Positions 29,722 to 40,100 of a stretch of 64,000 bases of DNA are shown here, in pieces. A program made the position numbers and the translations under genes. Under the pieces are notes generated by a model that saw only the letters and a program-made list of their open reading frames with translations, had not been told where the DNA came from and searched no databases. Each line of letters opens with the position of its first letter. Position 1 is the stretch's first letter. This DNA is from a virus, in IMG/VR virus record IMGVR_UViG_3300037140_000126, positions 32,001 to 96,000 of that record; one strand, written 5' to 3'.

Positions 29722-30447
29722 CTATTGGCACTCTTCTTCACATGCTTCCAACGAAGTCAGAATTCTAAACTCAATGTCCGCAGATTTACAAAACGCTCTT
29801 GCGGCCCTAAACTTGGCTTGATTCTTTGGGTCCTTGAGAAAGGCGACTGGTTTGATTTCTTCCAGTATATGCGTGCCATCTGCGTAGCAAATCAGCAAAT
29901 CGGGAAGGTAATAATGCGCCTTGCCATTCAAACTGTATGGAATCCGTACAGGTGTGCGTCTATAACTTGACACTTCGTTAGAAAGTTCAAGCACACGCAT
30001 ACGAGCTAACTCCCAAGAACAGTCGTAATGCATAGTCCTGTGATTCTTTTTGGAGTAGAAGTCACCGTGCTTACCACGGTTTACACGAGTTTTCCAGTAA
30101 CGCTCTGTTCCATCAGCGTCCTTAATAAAGTTACGAATGTTTTGTGCGGGGTCTAAACGCCCGTCGGCAATCGCTTCACGGACACCAGCACTATTCCTCT
30201 CTCGGTGAACGTGGCACACCTTCTTGCCCTTAGGCCATCCCATGTGTATATTATGCTCAAGATTATATGCACGTAGCCGCTTACCATTCTCGACTTTAGC
30301 TTTTGCACCTTCCGCCGTGAAAAGACGAGGGCCACACGAATCTTTCACACCTTTCGGTCGTCCAGCAGCGCTCATATCACGCTTCGCGTAACGCCCATCG
30401 CGCCACGCTTTGCGGAGCTTTGCTTTCTTTTGTTCAGGGCATTTCAT
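29722..30447 (-). CDS. NUMOD3-like DNA-binding region fused to a TnsA/T4-gp4-like PD-(D/E)XK endonuclease
   Basis: YDCSWE...VRIPY...HYYLPDLLICY...LEEIKP; basic N-terminus with GRPKG and GWPKGKK repeats. Confidence 0.75.
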   Translation of the reverse strand: MKCPEQKKAKLRKAWRDGRYAKRDMSAAGRPKGVKDSCGPRLFTAEGAKAKVENGKRLRAYNLEHNIHMGWPKGKKVCHVHRERNSAGVREAIADGRLDPAQNIRNFIKDADGTERYWKTRVNRGKHGDFYSKKNHRTMHYDCSWELARMRVLELSNEVSSYRRTPVRIPYSLNGKAHYYLPDLLICYADGTHILEEIKPVAFLKDPKNQAKFRAARAFCKSADIEFRILTSLEACEEECQ

Positions 30448-30467
30448 AGTCGAAAGTATAACACTCC

Positions 30468-30986
30468 TCAGAAAATCTGATCCGTAAAGTCAGTTATTCT
30501 TACGGTGCCCGTCCCGTACGTCACACCGCTATTTTTCTCGTTGCGGTCCACGATACTGACAGGCGACCAGATGATAAATTCTGCCGGATCAACTGGAATA
30601 GCGACGAGCGCTCCAGCGGCACTCACAACGACATTTTGCTTTTGTGCAAATCTTGGGTACACACCGTTCTCCAGCTCGCCCTTCATCGTGAAGTGTGTAC
30701 GATAGCGGTCGCCTCTGCCACGCATTTGAATTCCCGTCTGAATGTCCGTACCGACAATCATCCATGTCCATTGCACTGTATGCACCTTAACAGGAATCGA
30801 CGCCGAATCCGCTTGCTTTCCCAAGGGCACTTCCCCGAGCACGAGCAGATAGAAAGACTCTGTTTCTACGTTCTTCGGTGGCCAGTCCTGTGCACTCATC
30901 ACACCGATTACTTTACGGCTTGCATTCAGAGCTTGAATGCGCGTCTTGACCCACAAATAATGCGAATCCACACTAGCCGCATACAC
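30468..30986 (-). CDS. Putative tail terminator / neck protein
   Basis: 172 aa; position in the neck block; beta-rich. Confidence 0.5.
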   Translation of the reverse strand: MYAASVDSHYLWVKTRIQALNASRKVIGVMSAQDWPPKNVETESFYLLVLGEVPLGKQADSASIPVKVHTVQWTWMIVGTDIQTGIQMRGRGDRYRTHFTMKGELENGVYPRFAQKQNVVVSAAGALVAIPVDPAEFIIWSPVSIVDRNEKNSGVTYGTGTVRITDFTDQIF

Positions 30987-30987
30987 G

Positions 30988-31458
30988 TCAGTAAATCCTT
31001 CTTACCATGAGTTGCTGCAAGCCCGCATATCGCTCTGCACCGATAATCTTGATAACGTCAAGCTCCATGTCTTCCTCGGGTGCTTTCATACGCAGCAGCA
31101 TCATCAGCCACATGTACCACCACAACTTTGCAGGCTGCATACTGTCGAACGATTCACACGCAAACGTGAACGTAGCGCCGAATGCGTCTTTCGGTTCAAA
31201 CTTGGCCATCGACAGGCACGCGTCCTTGAAGTTTGTTCTGTAGCAACGCGTCCCAACAAGAGATGCATTGCGTAGATTCGCACCTTCAAAGTTCGCATAG
31301 CTCAAATCCGCATCATCGAAGTTCGCCCCAATTAAACTGGCACAGCGAAAATCAGCATGATCGAGTTTCTGTCCGGAGAAATTGCGGTTCGCCAGTTTCT
31401 TATTATAAAAGTCTTTCCCCACCCTGTCGGCACGTACAGTTGGCATCGTGTTCCCCAT
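30988..31458 (-). CDS. Pentapeptide repeat protein
   Basis: ANRNF SGQKL DHADF RCASL IGANF DDADL SYANF EGANL RNASL repeats. Confidence 0.9.
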   Translation of the reverse strand: MGNTMPTVRADRVGKDFYNKKLANRNFSGQKLDHADFRCASLIGANFDDADLSYANFEGANLRNASLVGTRCYRTNFKDACLSMAKFEPKDAFGATFTFACESFDSMQPAKLWWYMWLMMLLRMKAPEEDMELDVIKIIGAERYAGLQQLMVRRIY

Positions 31459-31461
31459 GTC

Positions 31462-31977
31462 CTATACCTCTCTCGTCAACATTAAAGCGTTTGAATCCTC
31501 GTCTTCGTCCAGCAGATCATCTCCTGCACTAATCACGCGGATATCATCGTAGAGTTGTCCTGTATCGACTGGGACATGCTCTCTGATGATGTCCCTTACG
31601 CGTGATGCCGTTCGTTCGACTACCTGTTGAAACTCCTCGTGAATCCCCTCGGCCGTTGTACTGGTGAACTTGAGTCTCCCTATCTCTTGCTCGAATGCGG
31701 CCCAGTACAACGGTGTATTCACGCGGATGTACCCGTGTGGTGCTTGAATCGACAAGAACACCCGCTCGCCGTCAGGATTCGTTCCGATAGTTGTCTTAGG
31801 GCCAATTTTTGTCTGCCGTATATTCCCCCATTCCCAAACGAGGGCATACGCAGCAGCGGGCCCTTCGACGCCGACACCCGCTTCGATTGGCGTTCTATCC
31901 GCCTGTGCAAACTCAGACAAGAATTTCTTCGTGTCGAGTTGCAACAACGGATAAAGTGCTGTGAATAAGGTAGCCAT
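31462..31977 (-). CDS. HK97 gp10-like neck / tail completion protein
   Basis: IREHVPVDTGQLYDDI motif. Confidence 0.65.
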   Translation of the reverse strand: MATLFTALYPLLQLDTKKFLSEFAQADRTPIEAGVGVEGPAAAYALVWEWGNIRQTKIGPKTTIGTNPDGERVFLSIQAPHGYIRVNTPLYWAAFEQEIGRLKFTSTTAEGIHEEFQQVVERTASRVRDIIREHVPVDTGQLYDDIRVISAGDDLLDEDEDSNALMLTREV

Positions 31978-31987
31978 GTGACCTACC

Positions 31988-32317
31988 TCACTGAAGATCG
32001 TTGAGTATATTTACAAGCAACGTCTGGTTCGTGCCGTCGGTCGCTTGATCCGTGTTCACCAGAACCTTTGCCAGCAATGTACCCAACTCCTGGGCTTTGA
32101 GCAGGCATAAGTTTAGGTTGCCGAGATAGTCCATCATGCCACCGGGGATTGACCCACTGGCGTAAACGCCTGTACCACCAGTGAAGTTTCCAGCACCACC
32201 AGTTGCCGTCAGTGCCGATGGGTTAGTAGCGTTTACTGACGTTGCCGCCTTGATAGCGACGTTGTTATTCGTAATGACTGTTTTCAAATCTGCCACGATT
32301 GTTGTGCTGTTCGCCAT
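31988..32317 (-). CDS. Hypothetical (probable virion) protein
   Basis: 109 aa, T/N/G-rich, GGAG RBS. Confidence 0.6.
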   Translation of the reverse strand: MANSTTIVADLKTVITNNNVAIKAATSVNATNPSALTATGGAGNFTGGTGVYASGSIPGGMMDYLGNLNLCLLKAQELGTLLAKVLVNTDQATDGTNQTLLVNILNDLQ

Positions 32318-32350
32318 AAACTTAGTTCTCCTTTTGAATTTTTACAGCTC

Positions 32351-32611
32351 TTACCACAAACCACCAATCGAACGCCGTACAGGGTTGACTTGTACGCGTG
32401 CCCGTCCATACGCTTTGCTGACAGGCTCCAATTCATTTAATGAGATTGTCACGCGAGTCTGGTCTGCCGGAAACGAAACGACAGCTTTCGTCCCGTTCTC
32501 GGCAAATGCGAGAATCGTGCCTAGCTTAATAAGATTACTTCCACGCCCATGAAGTATCGGGCGTCTAACGCGTACCTGATCCTGAATGCGAAAACCTATT
32601 TCTTGTTTCAT
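32351..32611 (-). CDS. Hypothetical SH3-like protein
   Basis: FRIQDQVRV...GTILAF...AVVSF pattern. Confidence 0.55.
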   Translation of the reverse strand: MKQEIGFRIQDQVRVRRPILHGRGSNLIKLGTILAFAENGTKAVVSFPADQTRVTISLNELEPVSKAYGRARVQVNPVRRSIGGLW

Positions 32612-32612
32612 T

Positions 32613-33128
32613 TCAGCTCCCTTCGACCGTGACTGGTACTTCTTGATAAGACGTATCGAGCGTCCAGGCTAGAATCTGCCCAGCAATCTGTTCGTTGTCG
32701 ATACCGTCGATCTTGTGCAACCGGTTGTCATAGTACAGACCAATTACTGTTGGATCACGCCACACTTGATACGGGTCCGTGTAGCCCATTAGATTCATAC
32801 GGGCTTTTACAAACGTATGGCTGACATAGAACGTGCGGCCGGAGAACATGAATCGTGCCTGATTGAGTCCAATGTCTCCCGCTTTGCCGCCTTTTGCTCC
32901 TGCCGACCAGACTTCTACAGGAGGTTTGATCGGTATGTCCATAAACCCTGTTTCCTCGGGCTGCATCGCCCCTGTCGGACTAAACTCAAATCCCAATTCG
33001 GCGAATCCAACATCGGGCGTCACATAGTTCTGAATTCTCAGGGCACAGGGCAGTCCCGGACGGAAATAGCGCAACATACTGTCGTACATGAAGCGTACGC
33101 CAAATCCCCATGGCACTCCACCGCCCAT
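32613..33128 (-). CDS. Putative head closure / head-tail adaptor protein
   Basis: Positional call; beta-barrel-like sequence. Confidence 0.45.
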   Translation of the reverse strand: MGGGVPWGFGVRFMYDSMLRYFRPGLPCALRIQNYVTPDVGFAELGFEFSPTGAMQPEETGFMDIPIKPPVEVWSAGAKGGKAGDIGLNQARFMFSGRTFYVSHTFVKARMNLMGYTDPYQVWRDPTVIGLYYDNRLHKIDGIDNEQIAGQILAWTLDTSYQEVPVTVEGS

Positions 33129-33680
33129 TTATTGCTCCGCCTCGGAGAATAGACCAAAGTTCCCGCCGCCCGCTAGTATTAGAATGTGATGCATGACAGG
33201 TGCAAGATGGATCACAGCAACATGCAAAGCTTGTACTGCCTCATGTGCACCGCCAAGTCCTACGGCGGCCTTCGCAAGGCCTTTCGTCGCTTTTACAATG
33301 GCATCCGTAAACATCTTGAACCCGTCCCAGGATTGTGCTAAATCGCCAAGACGCTTGGCGAACCAGAGGTGCTTCAAAACAATGCCCGTCCTTGTTTTGG
33401 AACTCTCGATTTTACCAAGTGTTTTTTCGTCCGTCTTCATCGTGTCGTAGCTTGCTTTTGCCCAGTTGGCTACTTTCTTCGTCAGTTTTGTACCAGGCTT
33501 TGGCGCGGCAGTCGCGGCCTTTCCCTTCGCAAAGCCCTTCGTAACGGCAGGAACAGTTTTTCTTCCGCGTCCACGACTATCCCATGCTTTCTGTACGCCC
33601 TCAGCAGTGCCATAAGCATGTATTGCTGAATAGCCAGCAAGCTCCGATGCACAGTGCATATCAGTCAGTCGTCTAATCAT
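33129..33680 (-). CDS. Hypothetical protein in the head-neck block
   Basis: 183 aa, Lys/Ala-rich; GTAEGVQKAWDSRGRG motif. Confidence 0.55.
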   Translation of the reverse strand: MIRRLTDMHCASELAGYSAIHAYGTAEGVQKAWDSRGRGRKTVPAVTKGFAKGKAATAAPKPGTKLTKKVANWAKASYDTMKTDEKTLGKIESSKTRTGIVLKHLWFAKRLGDLAQSWDGFKMFTDAIVKATKGLAKAAVGLGGAHEAVQALHVAVIHLAPVMHHILILAGGGNFGLFSEAEQ

Positions 33681-33701
33681 GTTTACTCCATGCTACTATT
33701 A

Positions 33702-34490
33702 CTAATATGCAATGACGTTAGCGTAAGGCCTCAGCCAGCGTTCTATCGTCGGGTCAATCATATCGTCCGTAAACTGACCGCTGACACGCCACACACTAAA
33801 ACTTTTCATGCCTGTCGTGCCGCCACCTCTTGATAAGAAGTTCTTACATAAAGCCGCACACGCATGTTTGATGCTCTTCGGCATGTCCCTCGGATCGTAA
33901 CCCGAGTTGTACTGAATAAAGACTTCCGTGTACTGGCTCAAGTAAAGTCCTGCGGGAAGCCAGATTTCACCTGTGATCGGATCAACGTCCGCTTTCGTCA
34001 AGTCAATCGGCGTGAACTGCGGCGGGCCACCGAAGAAACTCGCAATCTGCAAGATGTTCGCGCCGTAGTTCAAGTCTGGATACACCATCTGGCTGCCACG
34101 TCGGCCATAACCGTAGCGTCCTGAACAACTGACAATCGGCGTCAGCGCCACTTGATCGTATGGCGGCGGCGCTGCCGTGTTCGCTGTAAAGCCCGTATAG
34201 TAGTTCTGTCCGCTTGCTGCTAGACAGTTGGCCAGCGATCGAGTTAGTCCTACAAGAGGCCGGAACATTGTGCGAAAGATATTCCGGCCCTCCGGCAGGT
34301 ACATGCGTTGCGAGTAAGTAGTATAGACGAGCGAGCCATTTCCGTCACCGTCCGTGCGGCCACAGTATTCATCAATCAGGCTGCTTGACGCTTCGACAAG
34401 CGAAAGAATATTCGGCTGGTCGTCAACGCTCGGCAACCCGAACGACTCTAATTCACTAGGCATCAAGTACAATGGCTGAAATGCTGGCAC
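33702..34490 (-). CDS. Head-tail connector protein (gp6/gp15-like)
   Basis: EASSLIDEYCGR...YNSGY...MPKSIKHACAAL...WLRPY. Confidence 0.75.
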   Translation of the reverse strand: MPAFQPLYLMPSELESFGLPSVDDQPNILSLVEASSSLIDEYCGRTDGDGNGSLVYTTYSQRMYLPEGRNIFRTMFRPLVGLTRSLANCLAASGQNYYTGFTANTAAPPPYDQVALTPIVSCSGRYGYGRRGSQMVYPDLNYGANILQIASFFGGPPQFTPIDLTKADVDPITGEIWLPAGLYLSQYTEVFIQYNSGYDPRDMPKSIKHACAALCKNFLSRGGGTTGMKSFSVWRVSGQFTDDMIDPTIERWLRPYANVIAY

Positions 34491-34504
34491 GCTAGTCTAA
34501 CTCC

Positions 34505-35494
34505 TTACCTCGTTGTCATAACGATACTATGTGCGTAATTAGGTCCCTTAGCTACTACTCCACCAAATTTTACTATTACAAATTGGGCTGCCAAATTTCC
34601 GACGAGCCCGAGTTGGAATACCCTTGGGATCGGTGAAGTCAGCCAGTGATACTCGACAAACTCTTCCGACAGGATGAAGCCCGTGTACTGGTTCAAACTC
34701 CCTGACGGCAGCACTGTCAAGCCTGCGTCCGGAATCAACGGCAGCAGGCCCGCTTGCGTGGGCAAGGCCTTGACGATCACTCCAGGGATCACTTCGACTT
34801 CGTTGTAGTAGAGTTGCACGGTCTTCGCTTCCTGATCGAACAAGTCCGCGAACAACGGGTTCATGTAGAAGCCGCTCGGTTTGACTTCGAAATCCTGCCG
34901 GGCGACCATGCCTGCTACTTGCGTCTTCGTGCCGTCAACAAGACTCGATGACGAACCGATTGTCTTGACTTGGTTGAATCCACCCAAGACTGCCGCAGTT
35001 GCGATTTGACCCGAAATGCCGTAATACTGTGAAGAAGTCGGCACGACTAAATCCGAGTCCGCTCCGTTCCACAGTTTCAAGTCATGCTGCTTCAGCACAG
35101 CATCCACTTGATCGGTCAGGTCCTTCGCTTCAAGGTACGGGAACTGTCCTTGCTGCTGGTTCACTTCCACGTCGAAAATCGAGTAATTAATCTGGGCGAC
35201 GATAGCCTTCAGAGTGATTACTTTCTCAACGCGCTCGGGTTGGCTCGCTGTCGTCGCAATGGCTCTCGGATCGACGAACGATGCTGTCCCGATGCTGAGT
35301 TGCTCGAAATACCTGCTCGGTTGGCCCGTAGCAGGCACTTGGTTGATACGCTGGCCGAGTACGAATCGCCTCCGGACAAGATCGAAGATTTCCGCTTGAT
35401 AGCGGTTGACCTCGATTGCACCGGGAGCGAGATAGTCGGCGGCAGCTTGCACAGACCCGATGAATCGGGCTGATCTTAAATTTGCTGCTCCCAT
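34505..35494 (-). CDS. Major capsid protein (HK97 fold)
   Basis: 329 aa after the protease/scaffold; GGAG RBS; GFYMNP and VIVKALPTQAGLLPLIPD. Confidence 0.8.
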   Translation of the reverse strand: MGAANLRSARFIGSVQAAADYLAPGAIEVNRYQAEIFDLVRRRFVLGQRINQVPATGQPSRYFEQLSIGTASFVDPRAIATTASQPERVEKVITLKAIVAQINYSIFDVEVNQQQGQFPYLEAKDLTDQVDAVLKQHDLKLWNGADSDLVVPTSSQYYGISGQIATAAVLGGFNQVKTIGSSSSLVDGTKTQVAGMVARQDFEVKPSGFYMNPLFADLFDQEAKTVQLYYNEVEVIPGVIVKALPTQAGLLPLIPDAGLTVLPSGSLNQYTGFILSEEFVEYHWLTSPIPRVFQLGLVGNLAAQFVIVKFGGVVAKGPNYAHSIVMTTR

Positions 35495-35538
35495 CTGATT
35501 TGTTTCTCCTGTTTTGATTTAGACGCTCACGCGCCCGG

Positions 35539-37083
35539 TTAGTTCACACCACGGTGTATCTCGCCCTGATCCATCAGCTCGGCCGCAGTCAACTGGTTTT
35601 TGAACCACATTCTCGTTGTCGGATCGAGTTCGACCGGAGCGTTTGCAAAAATCTGATCGACCTCTTCGACACTGAGTTTCTTGCCTTCGGCCTTGAGTTC
35701 CCGCACATCCACGTTGTTCTTCGAAAGGAAGTTGCCCAATTCGGCCGAAACAGAACGCCTGTCCGTCTTCTCAGCGTACTGCTCCGCTTGTGCTTCGAGG
35801 GCATCGACTTGGTTCTGCAAAGTTCCCAGTCTATTGTCCGCATTCGCTTTCAACGTGCGGTACTTCTTGCGCAACGCACGATGCGAAGCATAGAGTTCCC
35901 GAATAACCGAAGACGCTTGAATCGAACGCGTGCTGCTTGCTTTGACGAGTTCTTTCATGTGCTTTGGCTTTCCGATTTTCCCTGTGCGGGTTGTCTTGTC
36001 GCCCATGTTTTCGAAGTCCTTGTTGAGTTCCCCTGGTTTATCTTCTCCGGCGGTGTCGTCTTCCAAGTCCTCCAGCGCTGCATCGAGGTCCTCATCGTCA
36101 TCGTCGTCCTCTTCGTCTTTCTTTTTCTTTTTGCTGTCAGCCTCGTCATCGTCCTCGCTGTCGGCGGCCATTTCTTCTTCCGCCTTCGCAGCGAGTTCAT
36201 CGACCTCTTCCTCAACATCATCGTCCTCATGATGCGAGGCTTCGAGGCTTAGTGCTTTTGCTTCTTCCACGGAAGCAGCAATACTGGTAATGCTCGCTTG
36301 CTGCCTCTTTAGCACGCTAACGAATGGCTGCAACGATTCCGTTACAGCTTTGGCAATCGCCGGGCCGACACCAGCAGCAATTGCTTGTACAAGTCGCTGG
36401 CCGTCGCTGCTCGCTGCTTTCTCCTTCTTTTCAGGCTTCATACGTCCTCCTTCAGATTGACGGTCGTTTGCCGCTGCTGCGGCCAGTACCGTTTTTAATG
36501 CGATCTTGCGGATTTCTTTTTTCACACGAGAACCCCACATCTCACCGAGGTGCTGAATCGCACCGGCACTCAAACTCGTTTGCGTATACGCGGCAGCGCT
36601 CTTGAACAGGATCGTCGCACCGCTGAAATGAAAGTCTTCGAGGTACCAAACAGGGGCGTCTTTCTGACGTACAGTCACATCTTGCAACTCCATGCTCATG
36701 CCTAGTCTTCCCGTTTGCATGTCCTTCTTGACTTTCGGGAAGTCGCGCTGCCAGAAAAAGCCATTCACGATGACTTTGTTTCCCTCGATTTTTGCGCCTG
36801 TAATCACACCGACTTTATGTTGTGGCGCATGGGCCGAAAGCTCTGCTGAATAGTTCACACCCATGTTGATAAGGCTCGTCAGGCGCTTCTTTGCAACAGT
36901 AGTGGGAACGTAAATACGGTGACCTTCGGCCCCATGCGGGGGTTTATCGGAGGGAACATCGAGTAGCAGAAGAGTGCCCGTAAAGGGCATCTTATTTGGA
37001 TGGATTTTATCTTGAGGACCTACGGCGCAGACGCCAATGCAGCCGTCATTGCCGAATCTCATTGTTGAGAGGCGCAGTTTCAT
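35539..37083 (-). CDS. Prohead protease-scaffold fusion
   Basis: Protease-like N-terminus (HAPQHKVGVI, LGMSME, GATIL) followed by a highly acidic coiled-coil scaffold; lies between portal and capsid. Confidence 0.72.
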   Translation of the reverse strand: MKLRLSTMRFGNDGCIGVCAVGPQDKIHPNKMPFTGTLLLLDVPSDKPPHGAEGHRIYVPTTVAKKRLTSLINMGVNYSAELSAHAPQHKVGVITGAKIEGNKVIVNGFFWQRDFPKVKKDMQTGRLGMSMELQDVTVRQKDAPVWYLEDFHFSGATILFKSAAAYTQTSLSAGAIQHLGEMWGSRVKKEIRKIALKTVLAAAAANDRQSEGGRMKPEKKEKAASSDGQRLVQAIAAGVGPAIAKAVTESLQPFVSVLKRQQASITSIAASVEEAKALSLEASHHEDDDVEEEVDELAAKAEEEMAADSEDDDEADSKKKKKDEEDDDDDEDLDAALEDLEDDTAGEDKPGELNKDFENMGDKTTRTGKIGKPKHMKELVKASSTRSIQASSVIRELYASHRALRKKYRTLKANADNRLGTLQNQVDALEAQAEQYAEKTDRRSVSAELGNFLSKNNVDVRELKAEGKKLSVEEVDQIFANAPVELDPTTRMWFKNQLTAAELMDQGEIHRGVN

Positions 37084-37166
37084 TTGCCAGCCGACTCCGG
37101 AAGTTCCGCATCATCCACATATCGTCTACTTCCTCATCGGCACAAACTACGCCATCCACGAAATTC

Positions 37167-40100
37167 TTACTGATATGAACCTGTATCGCCACCACTGCGG
37201 GGATACTTTCCGCGCTTGCCCTTCTGTATTAGCTTCTGTTCGCCAGGCATGTACGCGCTATTAGAATCATTAGGACGAGAGAAACCCCTATAACGATCAT
37301 TGAGGTATTGCTCCACAACCGTGGGCTTGCGCAGGGACTCTTGGAACTTCTTGACCTGTCCGCGCTCGTCGGCCTTACTAACTTTCTCGGGCTCTTCTTC
37401 ACCATCTTGCTCATCCTTTTCTACTTGCTCGAAAAACTCTTTCAGTTCGTCGTTCAGTTGTTCGAGAACACCGGGCTGCTGTGTCTCCATTTGTTGACCA
37501 AGTTCACCCGTCTCAGGCAGCATACCCATCTCTTGGAAATACTGAACTTCTTCAGGTGTCATCTGCTGAATATCATCAGAGCTGAATTCCCCCTGCCCAA
37601 TCAAGCTGCCCTGGAAGCCACGCATACCGCCAGAATTTGCCGATGCTGTCGGAGACATTGCCCCAGCGCCACCCGTAGGCGGCAAACCGGAACTTACGCC
37701 CATACCGCCGCCACCGTTTCCACCTGCTCCAGCGCCACCACCCTGAGGCATTGACTTCGCTCTTGCTAGAGCCATCGCTTCTTGGATCAGAATATTCATC
37801 ATGCCGAATGTCAGCTTGCCCCAGCCATCGGGAAGCGGCGGCTTACCATCAGACTCGCGCATTTCATCCGGCAGCAGTGCATTGCTCTGATACTGGCGCT
37901 GCTGGATTTGAACTTTCGTAAGCGCATCGGGATCGTCCAGACCCTTAAAGACGAATTGCAAATCTTTCCAGCCTAGAAAGCCGTGTAAGAGTTCCCGCGT
38001 GAACGCTTCCATCAACCGTGTCGCCATTGGCACGACAGCGGCCTTGAAATCGGAAATCGACATTATTAAGCCGGTCGATCTATTGACATCCTTTTCCAAA
38101 CCAAGACTGAACGGGGATAGATCAAATCCGTTCGCAGTACAACGGATCAACATTTCCTGCCATTCGAGCAGCAAGTCTTGAATCAGGACAGACTGCACCG
38201 GGATGACCTCGGGCTTTTTCATGCCCGCAATTAGGCTGACTTTCGCCTGACCTTCTAGCTCATTCTGAATGTGCCTGCGCACCGTCTGGATGTGCGCTTG
38301 ATTTTGTGGCTGTTCCCACCACAGGAACGTCTTATGCACTTGATCGGAGCCCGCTTTACTGGCCATGTCCTGTACGCCGAGTAGCGCATTGACCGTATTG
38401 AAAGTAACTTCAAGCTTGCCTAAGCCAAAAGGAGTATTTGCCCTTACATTGTCCCGGATATAGACCAGTTCATCGGCTAGGAATGCGACAACGCCGCGCT
38501 CCCCTTTGAGTCCCGTCATTTGCGCGAAGCGTGGTCGTTCCGTGTTGCTTTCCGACCAGTCGGCATAGATGCGGATTGTAGAACCATCCACAGACCACAT
38601 TTTCATTGGGCGTTTATAGTAGGGCGTCATGCGAGGCTCAATGCAACCATAGCCACCGATGATCGTATCTTCCAAAACCGCTTCAGAGAACGTCCGAAAC
38701 GAGTCCACATTATTAGGATGTTCAAAACAATTCTTGACGATACGAATTCTCTTCTCCCGTTCTTTCGGGTCGCCCTCATTCTCCATGTCCGGCATAGCCT
38801 CAATGTCCCATTTCAGTTGAAGCACAGCATTCTTAATTAGGTTGATTGCCCGACGAGGAATTGGGGTTTCACTGAACCTACGGAGATTATAGGGGGTTTG
38901 ACCACACCATGCGGCCTTGCCATTACGACGAACATAGATAACCCCATCTGGAACGCCGACGCAGTAGACCTTACCTGAATACTCCTGTACCTCCACATGC
39001 CTTAAACCCGACCACTTGAGGAGATTTTCATAGACACAATAAAATGGCGCACGCATTCTGCCACTAGCCATTTTCTTTGACGGTCTGGTATGAAGCGTTC
39101 CTCCTGTTCCGAGCTTAATCAGAATTTCCTGAATGTCGTTTGCAAGCCGCTGACTTGCGGTCGCAAACATTCGTGTTCGTTGAAACGATCCATCGCCAAT
39201 CCAAAACCAGTGTAGCAAGATTTTGAGATACTTTGGCGGAAGATTTTTTACCCAAGTGGGCACATACTTTGTATAAGTATTGCCAAGCGGATGTAGCTTC
39301 TCATGCAGGGCTTTACTCTGAATGCGGAAACCGCGCTTACGCAATTGGACATGGAATGGCAAACGCCCAAGCAACTCGGCAATTGCTGTATAGCTTTCAC
39401 TCTTGCGCTCCTGTGCTATGCCAACAGTCCACATCATCCCTACAGAACGATTAAATTCTTGGTTTGATCCATCGGCAGCGGCGGCAATTGCTTGAACATA
39501 CAAAGGCCTAGAATCCACGTCCGCATCTTTCTCCATACCAGCAAATGCAGATTCACAGTGGCCCTCAGCTAGATACAGTCCTAGAAAGGCAACCCAATCC
39601 TCAAGCAGAACGGTGTAATCTTCCGGGTGACGACCGCCCTTGTCGCTGCATCGTTCAGTCTTAATAGTTACAGATTCAAACGGAATCTTCCCAATCCATG
39701 CTTTAGAAGTAAGGGGAACCTCGAATCGTACAAACCCATGGCCGTCCCCATTTGCTATGTGCTCTGCTACATCCTTCGCAAATTGAAACCCTTTTTTGTC
39801 TTTGGCAAATGCACCACTATTTCCTTTCGGTCCTGCCCAACGAACAGATCGGCCATACATGCGATGGTGTGGCGTAACCAAAAAGTCCAAGCACTTGCCA
39901 GTCAGGTGCACCATCGGGCCAGAGTAATCAACAACCATAAATTTCTTGGCGTGCTGCCAGTGAATCTCACCATTCTTACTACGCGTAGCATATAAATCAT
40001 CTGGACGAGCTTCTGGCCATGGCACCCAGCCTCGCTTTGTGAGTACCTGTGTATCGGCAGAGAAGCAATTTTTCAAAATCGGTTGGTTCAACCTATGGAG

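Noticed and set aside
35554-36252. 232-aa plus-strand ORF and the Ser-rich ORF at 35930-36232
   Set aside because: By-products of the acidic low-complexity scaffold on the opposite strand.
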